64,000 nucleotides of DNA from Candidatus Latescibacterota bacterium (GTDB taxonomy: Bacteria > Latescibacterota > UBA2968). The position numbers and the translations under genes are program-made. This document shows positions 39,854-49,606 of this stretch, piece after piece. How positions within the stretch are numbered: position 1 is the stretch's first letter; each line of letters starts with the position of its first letter. The notes beneath the pieces were generated by a model. It made no database searches. It was not told the DNA's origin and worked only from the letters and a program-made list of their open reading frames with translations. The stretch is taken from NCBI GenBank assembly GCA_965207885.1, contig OZ242311.1:1568001-1632000 (forward strand). The letters run 5' to 3'.

Positions 39854-39873
39854 ACGATACTCTTTGAAAAGGG

Positions 39874-41454
39874 TCAGTCAACCACGATAATACCGTCAAG
39901 TAGCAATTTATAAGTCAAACTATCGACCAGTGCTGTCCAACTGGCTTCGATGACATTTTCAGATACACCCACAGTACTCCACACGCGCCGCCGATCAGAA
40001 GACTCGATCAGCACCCGCACTTTAGCTGCCGTACCATCGGCACTGGATAACACGCGCACCTTGTAGTCTTCAAGACGCACATCTTTAAGCGTGGGATACT
40101 TGGGTTCAAGAGCCAGGCGCAATGCCGAGTCGAGGGCATTGACAGGACCATCGCCTTCGCCAACCGTGTGGTAGATCTGTCCTTCAATTTCTATTTTCAC
40201 AATGGCTTCTACTTCAGAGCCTGCAGCACTTTTGCGATTGATCGTCCTGTAATTGATGAGCTTAAACGGTTTGCGAATACTGCCCAATATCTGGCGGGCG
40301 ATAATTTCAAACGACGCTTCAGCGGCTTCAAAAACATAGCCCTCGTGTTCGAGTTGCTTAATTTTTTGCAGCAATTTCTGGACAGTTGGATGACGTTTGT
40401 CCAGGCCCGGAATCAGATGGTGCAATTTTGCAGCAACAGCCCCGCCGCCCGATTGTTCTGAAAGCAAAAAACGGCGCTGATTGCCTACAGATTCCGCATC
40501 GCAGTGTTCATACGCGACGGGTTGTTTGAGCATGGCATCGACGTGAACACCTGCTTTGTGTGCAAAAGCACTCTCGCCCACATAAGGTTGGCGGTGATCG
40601 TGATAGACATTGGCTATTTCGCTGACAAAGCGCGATAATTCCATGAGCTTTGTGAGATTTGTCGCGCCAATAGCCGTCTTCCCCAGCTTAAATTCAATAT
40701 TTGGAATCACCGAACACAGGTTGGCATTGCCACAGCGCTCCCCATATCCATTGATCGTACCCTGCACATGCGTGGCACCCATTTCGAGTGCGACAATGCT
40801 ATTGGCCACAGCCATTCCCGCATCATTGTGCGTGTGAATACCCAGAGGGACATCGAGCCTGGGTTGAATACCGCTGATAATCTGTTGTATCTGATATGGC
40901 ATCGTACCGCCATTGGTGTCGCACAAAACGAGCACCTCTGCCCCGCCTTCTTGCGCAGCCAACAAAGTTTCCAGCGCGTATTCGGGATCGGCTTTGTAAC
41001 CGTCAAAAAAGTGTTCGGCATCGTAAATAACTTCTCGCCCGTTTTCCTTGAGCCAGGCACAAGAATCCCTGATAATTTGCAGATTCTCGTCCAGTGTTGC
41101 CCGCAACACATCGGTCACGTGAAGCGTCCAGCTCTTCCCGAAGAGCGTGATGACCTCTGTTCCTGCCCTGAGCAAAGTGGTGAGGGTGGGATCGTCTTCG
41201 GGCGGATTATCAACCCTGCATGTACTGCCAAAGGCGACAATTTTGGTGTTGTGAAATTCGAGATCGCGCACGCGATCAAAAAATTCGAGATCCTTGGGAT
41301 TCGTCGGATTGGGCCAACCGCCTTCAACATAGTGAATGCCCATCGCATCGAGATGCTGTGCAATCATGGTTTTGTCTTCAGCGGAAAATGAAATACCCTC
41401 TGCCTGCGCGCCGTCTCGAAGGGTCGAATCGTAGATTTGTACAAGTTCAGACAT
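39874..41454 (-). CDS. cimA: Citramalate synthase
   Basis: YDSTLRDGAQAEG, EGGWP--NPKD, FGKSW, YDAEHFFDG, GERCGNANL. Confidence 0.92.
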   Translation of the reverse strand: MSELVQIYDSTLRDGAQAEGISFSAEDKTMIAQHLDAMGIHYVEGGWPNPTNPKDLEFFDRVRDLEFHNTKIVAFGSTCRVDNPPEDDPTLTTLLRAGTEVITLFGKSWTLHVTDVLRATLDENLQIIRDSCAWLKENGREVIYDAEHFFDGYKADPEYALETLLAAQEGGAEVLVLCDTNGGTMPYQIQQIISGIQPRLDVPLGIHTHNDAGMAVANSIVALEMGATHVQGTINGYGERCGNANLCSVIPNIEFKLGKTAIGATNLTKLMELSRFVSEIANVYHDHRQPYVGESAFAHKAGVHVDAMLKQPVAYEHCDAESVGNQRRFLLSEQSGGGAVAAKLHHLIPGLDKRHPTVQKLLQKIKQLEHEGYVFEAAEASFEIIARQILGSIRKPFKLINYRTINRKSAAGSEVEAIVKIEIEGQIYHTVGEGDGPVNALDSALRLALEPKYPTLKDVRLEDYKVRVLSSADGTAAKVRVLIESSDRRRVWSTVGVSENVIEASWTALVDSLTYKLLLDGIIVVD

Positions 41455-41594
41455 GTGATTTCCTCTGGTTTGGGTAAAGTTATCCAATATGGGTCATGCA
41501 AAACGATCCAATTCCCAAACCAATGGCTTCCGGGCAACGAGTGCCCGGATAATATCTCCTGCCTGTTCGCATGTGAGAATACATAATAACTCGC

Positions 41595-41625
41595 AAAAAC
41601 GCCCGCGAGATGCGGGCGTAAAAAA
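41595..41625 (-). terminator. Intrinsic terminator after leuD
   Basis: ACGCCCGC-5 nt-GCGGGCGT followed by TTTT on the minus strand. Confidence 0.75.
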
Positions 41626-41627
41626 GA

Positions 41628-42221
41628 TTAAAAGCCCGTAACATAGGGAAGTTTATTGGCAACCTCCCGCACCGCATCGCGGCCTTCGAGGAGCATGCCC
41701 GTAGCATCCCACGCGCCTTCAATGAGTTGGAGCCGATTGCCTTCTGCAATCTGCAGATCGACTTCTATATCGCCAAATGTCAATTTTTTCTCTTTTAAAT
41801 CAACAGTCATTTCCCGTTGTGGATCTGCTTCGGCAGCGTCCTGAATTTTGACAATATCCCCGGTCGAAGCCGTCAGACAAGGCACGCCCATAGCCGTGCA
41901 ATTGCCCAAAAAAATTTCTGCAAAAGATTCGCCCACAATGGCACAAATCCCCCAGCGCATCAGCGCCTGGGGCGCGTGTTCTCTGGATGATCCACATCCA
42001 AAGTTGTCATTGGCGATGAGTACGGATGCGCCCTGATAGCGCGGATCATCAAATGGGTGATCGGGATTTGATTTGCGGTCGTCTTCAAATGCGTGCTCAC
42101 CCAGGCCGTCAAACGTGATGGCGCGAAGATATCGCGCGGGAATAATGCGATCGGTATCGATGTCATTTCCCCTAACGGGAATCGCGCGCCCTTCTACTTG
42201 CTGAATCACTGATGAATTCAT
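41628..42221 (-). CDS. leuD: 3-isopropylmalate dehydratase small subunit
   Basis: DIDTDRIIPARYL, NFGCGSSREHAP. Confidence 0.96.
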   Translation of the reverse strand: MNSSVIQQVEGRAIPVRGNDIDTDRIIPARYLRAITFDGLGEHAFEDDRKSNPDHPFDDPRYQGASVLIANDNFGCGSSREHAPQALMRWGICAIVGESFAEIFLGNCTAMGVPCLTASTGDIVKIQDAAEADPQREMTVDLKEKKLTFGDIEVDLQIAEGNRLQLIEGAWDATGMLLEGRDAVREVANKLPYVTGF

Positions 42222-42235
42222 AAATAACCCTTCCT

Positions 42236-43633
42236 TCACATAGCGCGTACGTCAATAACTTCACCAGCGATGGCCGCGGCTGCGACCATTGCGGGACTCA
42301 TCAAGAGCGTGCGTCCCGTGGGACTGCCCTGACGCCCTTTGAAATTGCGATTGCTCGACGACGCGCACACTTCGCGTCCCTGCAATTTGTCGGGATTCAT
42401 AGCCAAACACATCGAACACCCCGCACCGCGCCATTCAAAGCCCGCATCTTCAAAAATGTGGTGCAAGCCTTCGGCTTCGGCAGTCTTGAGAACGGATTTG
42501 GACCCCGGCACGACCAGTGCTTTGACGCCATTGGCCACCTTGTGTCCCTCGGCGACTCTGGCAGCTTCTCTGAGGTCAGAGATACGGCTGTTGGTACACG
42601 ACCCCACAAAAGCCACGTCAATCGGCATACCAGATATGGCCGTACCAGGTTTTAAGTCCATATAATCATACGCTTCGGCTGCAACATCTCGCTCATCGTC
42701 GGGCAGATCCGTCAGCGCCGGTACTTTTTCTGATACAAAAAGTGCCTGCCCCGGCGTGATACCCCATGTCACAGTAGGCTCAAGAGCGGAGCCATCGAGA
42801 TGATAAACATCGTCGTAATCGGCGTCGATATCCGAAGCCATAGAACGCCACCAGGAAACCGCGCGATCAAAAGCATCTCCCGAAGGAGCATACGTGCGCC
42901 CCCGCAAATAGTCAAACGTCGTCTGATCGGGATTCACATACCCCGCGCGGGCACCGCCTTCAATGGACATATTGCACACCGACATGCGCGCTTCCATATC
43001 CATAGCTTCAATAGCGGATCCGGCATATTCGTAAGCATAGCCCGTGCCGCCCTTTACGCCGAGATTGCGAATAATATTGAGAATGACATCTTTGGCATAA
43101 ACCCCCTTGCCCAGCGTGCCTGATACTTCAATGCGGCGCACTTTGAGAGGATCCATCGCCAGGCATTGTGTGGCAAGCACATCGCGCACCTGCGATGTGC
43201 CAATGCCAAATGCAATGGCGCCATAAGCTCCGTGCGTTGAAGTGTGGCTATCGCCGCAGGCAATGGTCATGCCCGGCTGTGTCAGGCCCAGCTCAGGACC
43301 AATAACGTGGACAATACCCTGACGCTCGTCGTCGAGCCCAAAAAAAGAAAGGCCAAACTGTTGGGCATTTTCTTCGATGGCGATCATCATGTCCTCGGCC
43401 ATCTCATCGGCAAATGGGCGTGCCACATCGCTTGTGGGCACAATGTGATCAACCGTGGCAAATGTGCGATCTGGATACGCAATGGTGAGACCCAGCTCTC
43501 TGAGCATATCAAAAGCCTGCGGGCTGGTAACCTCGTGAACGAGATGCAGGCCGATAAACAACTGTGTCTGCCCCGATGGCAGCGTTCGCACCGCATGCGC
43601 GTCCCAAACTTTGTGAAATAAACTTTGACCCAT
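42236..43633 (-). CDS. leuC: 3-isopropylmalate dehydratase large subunit
   Basis: [44 protein letters not shown]. Confidence 0.97.
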   Translation of the reverse strand: MGQSLFHKVWDAHAVRTLPSGQTQLFIGLHLVHEVTSPQAFDMLRELGLTIAYPDRTFATVDHIVPTSDVARPFADEMAEDMMIAIEENAQQFGLSFFGLDDERQGIVHVIGPELGLTQPGMTIACGDSHTSTHGAYGAIAFGIGTSQVRDVLATQCLAMDPLKVRRIEVSGTLGKGVYAKDVILNIIRNLGVKGGTGYAYEYAGSAIEAMDMEARMSVCNMSIEGGARAGYVNPDQTTFDYLRGRTYAPSGDAFDRAVSWWRSMASDIDADYDDVYHLDGSALEPTVTWGITPGQALFVSEKVPALTDLPDDERDVAAEAYDYMDLKPGTAISGMPIDVAFVGSCTNSRISDLREAARVAEGHKVANGVKALVVPGSKSVLKTAEAEGLHHIFEDAGFEWRGAGCSMCLAMNPDKLQGREVCASSSNRNFKGRQGSPTGRTLLMSPAMVAAAAIAGEVIDVRAM

Positions 43634-43648
43634 CTATAACCTCTTATT

Positions 43649-45205
43649 CTAAACGGTTGGTTCTCGCTCCTTGTGATTGTCTTGCTGAATGGCCAGGCGA
43701 TTGAGAGCATCGAGAAAAGCTTTGGCACTGGCTTCGATAATATCGGTTGAAACGCCGCGTCCCCTGGTCAGGCGTCCATTGCACGACACATTGACCGTGA
43801 CTTCTCCCATCGCTTCGGCACCCCCGGTAACGCCGCGGATAGTATATTCTTCCACTTTTGTATTTGTATTATCTGTGGCTTTCTTGATCGCCCGATACGT
43901 TGCATCTACCGGTCCATCGCCCCAGGCAGATTCCTGGACGTGGTTTTTACCGTCAATACCAATGCGAACCGTCGCAGAGGGAACCGTGCCAGTACCACTC
44001 ACAGTATGCAAATAGTCCAGCGCGAAACGCAGGGGAAAGTCTCGAATTTCATCTTCCACAATAGCCATGAGATCTTCGTCATAAACTTCCTTCTTTTTAT
44101 CTGCAACTTTGACAAAACGCTCATAGGCGATATTTAATTCATCCTGATTGAGATGATAGCCGAGTTCTTCCAGGCGATGGCGCAATGCGTGGCGACCAGA
44201 ACGCGCCGTAAGCACAATACTCGATTCTTCCCAGCCCACAGATTTGGGATCGATAATTTCGAAATTTTCGCGGTCTTTGAGCACCCCGTCCTGATGGATA
44301 CCCGAACTATGTGCAAATGCATTGGCTCCTACAATGGGCTTGTTGGGCGGAACGACAATACCCATGAGGCGGCTGACCAGACGGCTCGTGTTTACGATCT
44401 CGCGCGTCTTGATATCCGTATAGAGATCGAAATAATCCCCTCGCGTCTTGACGGCCATAACCACTTCTTCAAGCGAGGTATTGCCCGCGCGTTCACCCAA
44501 TCCATTCACGGTGCATTCGACCTGACGCGCGCCATTTCTGAGTGCTTCGAGAGCGTTGATAGTCGCCATGCCCAAATCGTCGTGGCAGTGGACACTGATG
44601 ATGGCACGATCGACATTGGGCACTTTCTCGCAAATATTGCGGATAATGCGGCCAAACTGGCCTGGAACTGCGTAGCCCACGGTATCGGGAATATTGATGG
44701 TTGTCGCACCCGCTTCAATGGTGGCTTCGATCACGTCGAGAAGATATTGCGGATCTGTGCGCGCAGCATCCATCGGCGAAAACTCCACATCGTCGCAATG
44801 CGACTTGGCCCGCGCAACCGCATCAACAGCCATTTGCAGAACTTGAGCGGGCGTTTTGCCCACCATGGAAATATGGAGCGGCGATGTCCCAATAAACGTG
44901 TGAATGCGCGGATTTGGCGCATCTTTCAGGGCTTCACCTGCGCGGTCAATATCTTTGAAAATTGCGCGAGACAGACCGCAAATAACAGGACCTTCGACCT
45001 CATGTGCGATGCGCTGCACCGCATTGTAGTCCTGATCGGACGATATGGGAAATCCGGCCTCGATAACATCGACATTGAGCCGCGCGAGTTGATGGGCAAT
45101 TTCAACTTTTTCGCGCAACGCGAGCGAAGCCCCCGGCGTCTGTTCCGCGTCTCTCAAAGTGGTATCAAAAATAATGACGCGGTCTTTATTTTTCGCGTTT
45201 GACAT
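43649..45205 (-). CDS. leuA: 2-isopropylmalate synthase
   Basis: IFDTTLRD-EQTPG, PDTVG, HCHDDLG, GERAGN, HSSGIHQDG; C-terminal regulatory domain. Confidence 0.96.
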   Translation of the reverse strand: MSNAKNKDRVIIFDTTLRDAEQTPGASLALREKVEIAHQLARLNVDVIEAGFPISSDQDYNAVQRIAHEVEGPVICGLSRAIFKDIDRAGEALKDAPNPRIHTFIGTSPLHISMVGKTPAQVLQMAVDAVARAKSHCDDVEFSPMDAARTDPQYLLDVIEATIEAGATTINIPDTVGYAVPGQFGRIIRNICEKVPNVDRAIISVHCHDDLGMATINALEALRNGARQVECTVNGLGERAGNTSLEEVVMAVKTRGDYFDLYTDIKTREIVNTSRLVSRLMGIVVPPNKPIVGANAFAHSSGIHQDGVLKDRENFEIIDPKSVGWEESSIVLTARSGRHALRHRLEELGYHLNQDELNIAYERFVKVADKKKEVYDEDLMAIVEDEIRDFPLRFALDYLHTVSGTGTVPSATVRIGIDGKNHVQESAWGDGPVDATYRAIKKATDNTNTKVEEYTIRGVTGGAEAMGEVTVNVSCNGRLTRGRGVSTDIIEASAKAFLDALNRLAIQQDNHKEREPTV

Positions 45206-45214
45206 TTTTATTCC

Positions 45215-45328
45215 TTAAAACATGCCAGAATCGAAGTGGAAATGGGCAGATGGAACGCTCTGGCGGTCTATCCCCATCTGCCAAACGAGAGCGAGTTCTT
45301 CGGTAAGATCACCGAGATCGGGATCCAT
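45215..45328 (-). CDS. Putative small ORF (37 aa) between ilvN and leuA
   Basis: TAAGGAGGTG SD overlapping the ilvN stop; MDPDLGDLTEELALVWQ…GMF; its stop overlaps the leuA SD. Confidence 0.4.
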   Translation of the reverse strand: MDPDLGDLTEELALVWQMGIDRQSVPSAHFHFDSGMF

Positions 45329-45341
45329 CTGCATCACCTCC

Positions 45342-45833
45342 TTATTGTGTCGCGGAATCTCGCAACAGGGCAACTGTGCCTGTACGCGCGATTTCCTCGA
45401 TGCCAAAAGAACTGAGCATGCCAATGATAGCCTGAATTTTATCATTTTTGCCCGTAACCTCTATGGTCATCGATCTGGGACATACATCGACAATATTTGA
45501 GCGAAACACTTCGGCAATTTGGATAATTTCTGCACGCGTTGTTGTATCAGCTTTGACCTTGACCAACATGAGTTCGCGTTCAACAAATTGGCCCTGTGTA
45601 ATATCGATCACCCGAATGACGTCAATGAGGCGATCCAATTGCTTGACCACTTGCTCGAGCACGCTATCGTCGCCACCGACGACAATGGTCATGCGAGAAA
45701 TACTCGGATCTTCTGTTTCGCCAACGGACAGACTATCGATATTGAATCCGCGACTGGAAAAAAGGCCTGCAACGCGGCACAGAACGCCAAAATGATTTTC
45801 GACCAAGGCACTTATCGTGTGTTTGTGAGTCAT
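45342..45833 (-). CDS. ilvN: Acetolactate synthase small (regulatory) subunit
   Basis: ACT domain LVEN-FGVL-RVAGLFSSRGFNIDSL; ERELMLVKV; EIARTG. Confidence 0.95.
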   Translation of the reverse strand: MTHKHTISALVENHFGVLCRVAGLFSSRGFNIDSLSVGETEDPSISRMTIVVGGDDSVLEQVVKQLDRLIDVIRVIDITQGQFVERELMLVKVKADTTTRAEIIQIAEVFRSNIVDVCPRSMTIEVTGKNDKIQAIIGMLSSFGIEEIARTGTVALLRDSATQ

Positions 45834-45936
45834 TAAACATTTCCCGAATACATGAAGTGACAACGACCTATGAGTAAATCACAGGCTCTGTCCTTATTAT
45901 GGGTGTTGTCGCAAGAGTTGGGGAAAGAGCCTGAAA

Positions 45937-46056
45937 CTAATGAATGATAATAGATAGAAAAAGGCTCACGAGCAGGAGAAGGTGCAGAATGAGCAGAACT
46001 CGCCCTGCAATAGAAAGGCGCAAAGAACGGATACGCAGTTGTACACCGTCTCGCAT
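45937..46056 (-). promoter_or_regulatory. Putative branched-chain amino acid leader peptide (attenuator) upstream of ilvN-leuA-leuCD
   Basis: uORF ending VLLILHLLLLVSLFLSIIIH (15 of 20 residues are L/I/V); downstream alternative stems; TTGACA at 46160-46165. Confidence 0.6.
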
Positions 46057-46213
46057 GGTGGAAATCGCCAATGTGGAAATTGAGCGCATAATAGAAAACT
46101 TGGGAAAAGAAGTAATAATGTATTTTAGATTGAATAACTTACGCAATCTCAGTGGAATATGTCAAGAAAAAATATCATTTCGCAGCCAGCACATCCCCAT
46201 CCCTGCCCTGGGC

Positions 46214-46963
46214 TTATATCACAAAGTCCCGCCGCACCCCCCGCATATCCATCTCAAATTCAATATCGACCACTGGCGGCCGGGTAAAGTGCCAGCGGAA
46301 ACCGTGCCGTCGGGCTGGCCCTATGCGAGTGCACAAAATATCCTCTACCAGCCCGTCCAGAGAATGTACCGTGTACACATCCACCGCATTGATCATCTCC
46401 CATGCCCCACCCAGACCAAACAAACGCTCGACCATTACATCCACCACATAACTAACCTTCTCCCGCATCGCTTCTGCACTGATATCCCCACTGCGGACAA
46501 TCCCCTGCTCCACAAGCATCCCTTCGCGCAATTCCCCTGCCCCGGCGATCACCAGAGTCCGGGGTATATCAGTCGCTGCTGGCACCGTATAGGAAAATGC
46601 GTGCAGCACCGGTTCCCCCGGCGGATCGAACAGCGGTGCCACATTGGTGCGCGCTACTGGATTCAACTCTCCCACGTACAGGTCCCATGCCTTGAGCACC
46701 TGACAATAATCCCGATTGAAGGCAATGAACCCCGCCATCGTAAAAGGCGCAGGCGAACGCAATTCCATACCGCACAATGCCTGTCGATCTCGCCCGACCT
46801 CCCTTAAATGCGCCTCAACCCGTTCAAAACCCTGCCGCCAGGGCAGATCCTGTTCCAGGGTGACATGGACGATCTCCCACCCGGAATCGGCAATAACGCC
46901 GCAGGAATAGGGATCAATACCCTTGAGAAAATGGTAATGTCCTTCATTCTTGGCAATCAACAT
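46214..46963 (-). CDS. CnbZ-like/RidA-fold hypothetical deaminase
   Basis: PYSCGV-A, LCGMELRSPAPF, NPVARTNVAP and RPPVVDIEFEMD motifs. Confidence 0.6.
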   Translation of the reverse strand: MLIAKNEGHYHFLKGIDPYSCGVIADSGWEIVHVTLEQDLPWRQGFERVEAHLREVGRDRQALCGMELRSPAPFTMAGFIAFNRDYCQVLKAWDLYVGELNPVARTNVAPLFDPPGEPVLHAFSYTVPAATDIPRTLVIAGAGELREGMLVEQGIVRSGDISAEAMREKVSYVVDVMVERLFGLGGAWEMINAVDVYTVHSLDGLVEDILCTRIGPARRHGFRWHFTRPPVVDIEFEMDMRGVRRDFVI

Positions 46964-46980
46964 GATAACTCTCTGTACAA

Positions 46981-47841
46981 TTACAACCGCCCATTCGCCC
47001 TGAGCGTCAGCAATGTTCCCAACGTCACCCAGCCGCGCCATTCGAGTTCGCAACCCGGACTCACGGCTTGCCAGGTAATATTCCACCCCCCATCTGCTTG
47101 TTGTCCCGCAACAATTGCGTCGAGATTTGCCGCAATATCCTCTTCTCGAAAGTAATCGCGAAGCGGATGATCGGGCGTATTCGCCCAGTCGAGTGGTTTG
47201 CGGACATAGCCCGTGGCATTTGCATCGGCGACGAGACCCGCAGAAAACATTCCACCGACCAGACGCTCAATTTCGCGCTCTGCGCGCGCCCGGTCCGGCA
47301 CATAATAGAGAAAAGTCAGCACCACACCCATTTCATGCATTTCCGCAGGTTGCAAATCAGCTATCTTTGACCAGCAGTACGCGGTCGCGCGATCTACCCA
47401 CGCATGTTGAACGCGATTCTTGTGTAACAAACCAGCAATTGCAGCTGTTGGATTCAGAGATGCCGGTGGATTTTCAACTGTATTCCACCATGATGCTCGC
47501 GGATAGCGATGTGCAGAAGGCAACAACCACGGAACGCCGCCTTCGGGCGTAGTAATCTCCATCAAATAATCGCAGGCGCGCTGCACTATATCGGCATCAA
47601 AACCCACGGCATTGAGAAACTCAAGCGCGTGCTGCACTGGCACGGGTTGGCTTTCTGGACAGCGAATATCCGGTTCAAGGGCATGCCCAAATCCGCCATC
47701 TTCATTCTGATAGGCGCGAAGCGCTGTCAGCACCTGCTCCCGTGAACCCCCTTTGAAATGATAGGCAAACAACTGCCGCTCGAGCAGCCGCGCATTATTA
47801 TAGATAAATTCTTCAGCGCGCTCAAAAATGTTGTGACTCAT
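46981..47841 (-). CDS. Prenyltransferase/squalene-cyclase-like repeat protein
   Basis: YQNEDGGFGHALEPD and QQADGGW QW-like motifs. Confidence 0.7.
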   Translation of the reverse strand: MSHNIFERAEEFIYNNARLLERQLFAYHFKGGSREQVLTALRAYQNEDGGFGHALEPDIRCPESQPVPVQHALEFLNAVGFDADIVQRACDYLMEITTPEGGVPWLLPSAHRYPRASWWNTVENPPASLNPTAAIAGLLHKNRVQHAWVDRATAYCWSKIADLQPAEMHEMGVVLTFLYYVPDRARAEREIERLVGGMFSAGLVADANATGYVRKPLDWANTPDHPLRDYFREEDIAANLDAIVAGQQADGGWNITWQAVSPGCELEWRGWVTLGTLLTLRANGRL

Positions 47842-47856
47842 AGACTATCTTCCATT

Positions 47857-48402
47857 TCATCCCAACCCAATAAATTTGAGAAATGTCTTTTTCCCACCCG
47901 TCTCTTTGCGCGCATTCCACGCTTCAACTCTGGCATAATAGGGTTCTTCTTCCCACGTCTCCCATTTTGCAATAGCCTTAATCTCACCCAATGGCGTGTA
48001 CCCGTCGAGTTCATACGGACAATCGGTAGATTGACTAATACTGAGCAACTCGATATCGCCCTCTTCATCAAACTCGAGATCAAATGGATATCTTCGACAA
48101 GTCACCGGGCGATAATCGTAGATACGACACAAATCGTCTTCACCCAGATATTGGCATCCGCTCTCGGTTCTACGCAATCCCATAACGCGCTGACCAGACC
48201 TCAGACGTATCCAGCCGGGCTGATCTTCGCCCCATTCAATCTCACTCGGCTTATAAAAATCGACAACATCACAAGCCGCCTGATCTGTGCCCTCAATAAT
48301 GCGGCGCACATCTTCGTCGGTAACCAGAACAATGGGATCTCGGCAGCAATTTCCACAGCGAGTGCAGCGAAACTTGAGCAAGTGTTTCCACTCTTGCGCC
48401 AT
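47857..48402 (-). CDS. YkgJ family cysteine-cluster (CxxCxxCC) protein
   Basis: FRCTRCGNCC…CQYL…CRIYDYRPVTCRRYPF. Confidence 0.9.
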   Translation of the reverse strand: MAQEWKHLLKFRCTRCGNCCRDPIVLVTDEDVRRIIEGTDQAACDVVDFYKPSEIEWGEDQPGWIRLRSGQRVMGLRRTESGCQYLGEDDLCRIYDYRPVTCRRYPFDLEFDEEGDIELLSISQSTDCPYELDGYTPLGEIKAIAKWETWEEEPYYARVEAWNARKETGGKKTFLKFIGLG

Positions 48403-48416
48403 ATCGTCTCCAATAG

Positions 48417-49595
48417 TTATACAACCTTTTGCTCCAACCAGTCCTTCGTGATTTCAAGACCAAAACCGGGGGCATTGCTCGGAATGAGATAACCGTCTTT
48501 GATCACAGGGGTTCCCGGCAGCGCGACGCGTTCTTCAAGCGGGACGCCTGGAGGCGATACCCCTTCGGAACGCTCGCCCCACTGTATCGCCGGCATAGCA
48601 TAAGAAAGGTGCTGACCATAGGGATAATTCATGCCCGCGTGGCTGATAACCGTTAGCCCATGCGCCTCGGCAATATGGCATATTCTCATCAAAGCCGTGA
48701 CACCACCTGCCCACTGAATATCGGGCTGCAAAATATCGACAAGCCCCTGGCTCGCGGCTGTGGCAAAGGGATGAATGGTGTACCAGTGCTCACCCGTTGC
48801 GAGAATTTGCCCGAGAACGCGCTGGCGCACTTTCATATAGCTTTCCATATCTTCGGGCAGCACGTAATCTTCAAGCCACTTGAGGCGATACGGTTTGAGA
48901 GCTTCGACGAGGCGAACCGTGTACTCGACATTGAGCGACATCCACGCATCGAGCATGAGTTCCACATCATCGCCAATCTGCTCGCGCGTTTTTGCAACCA
49001 GCTCTTCAGTCTTATTTATCCCCTCAATACCGGACTCCGGTCCATATCGCGCAAAAAGCTTGACCGCCTTGAAACCCAATTCGAGAAACCATTCAATGCT
49101 ATTTTCCGTACCATAAGATATATCTGTATTGCTGGCATAACAGAAAATTTTTTCTTTTTGAGGACCGCCCAAAAGCTCGTAAACAGGACGCTGCAAAATT
49201 TTTCCTTTCAAGTCCCACAGGGCATTATCCACAGCACTGATGGCATAGCTGGACAAACCCGCCGTATGATAAGGCGAAGAAGCGCGGCGCATCATATCCC
49301 ATAACTTTTCAGTCGCCATGCAATTTTGCCCTTCGAGCAAAGGGGCAAAATGATCGTTGATAATACTGAGCACCGGACCGCTATTGATGGTGAAACCAAT
49401 CCCCCAGGTGCCGTCATGCGCGGTCACGACACAGGCTGCGCGGGTCCAATTTGAACTCCACTTCGATTTTTTAAATTCGGGATATCGCGCCATAGGGCTA
49501 ATAAACCCATCTGTGGGCAGCTTTGGGACGCGAGGTTCTGTTTTTTGATCGGGAGAAATATCGACGGCAACTGCGCGGATATCTTTGATTTTCAT
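48417..49595 (-). CDS. Mandelate racemase/L-rhamnonate dehydratase-like enolase
   Basis: AISAVDNALWDLKGK, LMLDAW, WLED, TGEH, LQPD. Confidence 0.88.
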   Translation of the reverse strand: MKIKDIRAVAVDISPDQKTEPRVPKLPTDGFISPMARYPEFKKSKWSSNWTRAACVVTAHDGTWGIGFTINSGPVLSIINDHFAPLLEGQNCMATEKLWDMMRRASSPYHTAGLSSYAISAVDNALWDLKGKILQRPVYELLGGPQKEKIFCYASNTDISYGTENSIEWFLELGFKAVKLFARYGPESGIEGINKTEELVAKTREQIGDDVELMLDAWMSLNVEYTVRLVEALKPYRLKWLEDYVLPEDMESYMKVRQRVLGQILATGEHWYTIHPFATAASQGLVDILQPDIQWAGGVTALMRICHIAEAHGLTVISHAGMNYPYGQHLSYAMPAIQWGERSEGVSPPGVPLEERVALPGTPVIKDGYLIPSNAPGFGLEITKDWLEQKVV

Positions 49596-49606
49596 AATTG
49601 TTCCTC

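Noticed and set aside
38726-39913. 395-aa plus-strand ORF
   Set aside because: Antisense shadow of the aminotransferase gene; no motifs
44153-45202. 349-aa plus-strand ORF
   Set aside because: Antisense shadow of leuA
45944-46807. 287-aa plus-strand ORF
   Set aside because: Overlaps the minus-strand CnbZ-like gene and the ilvN leader; His/Pro-rich shadow composition
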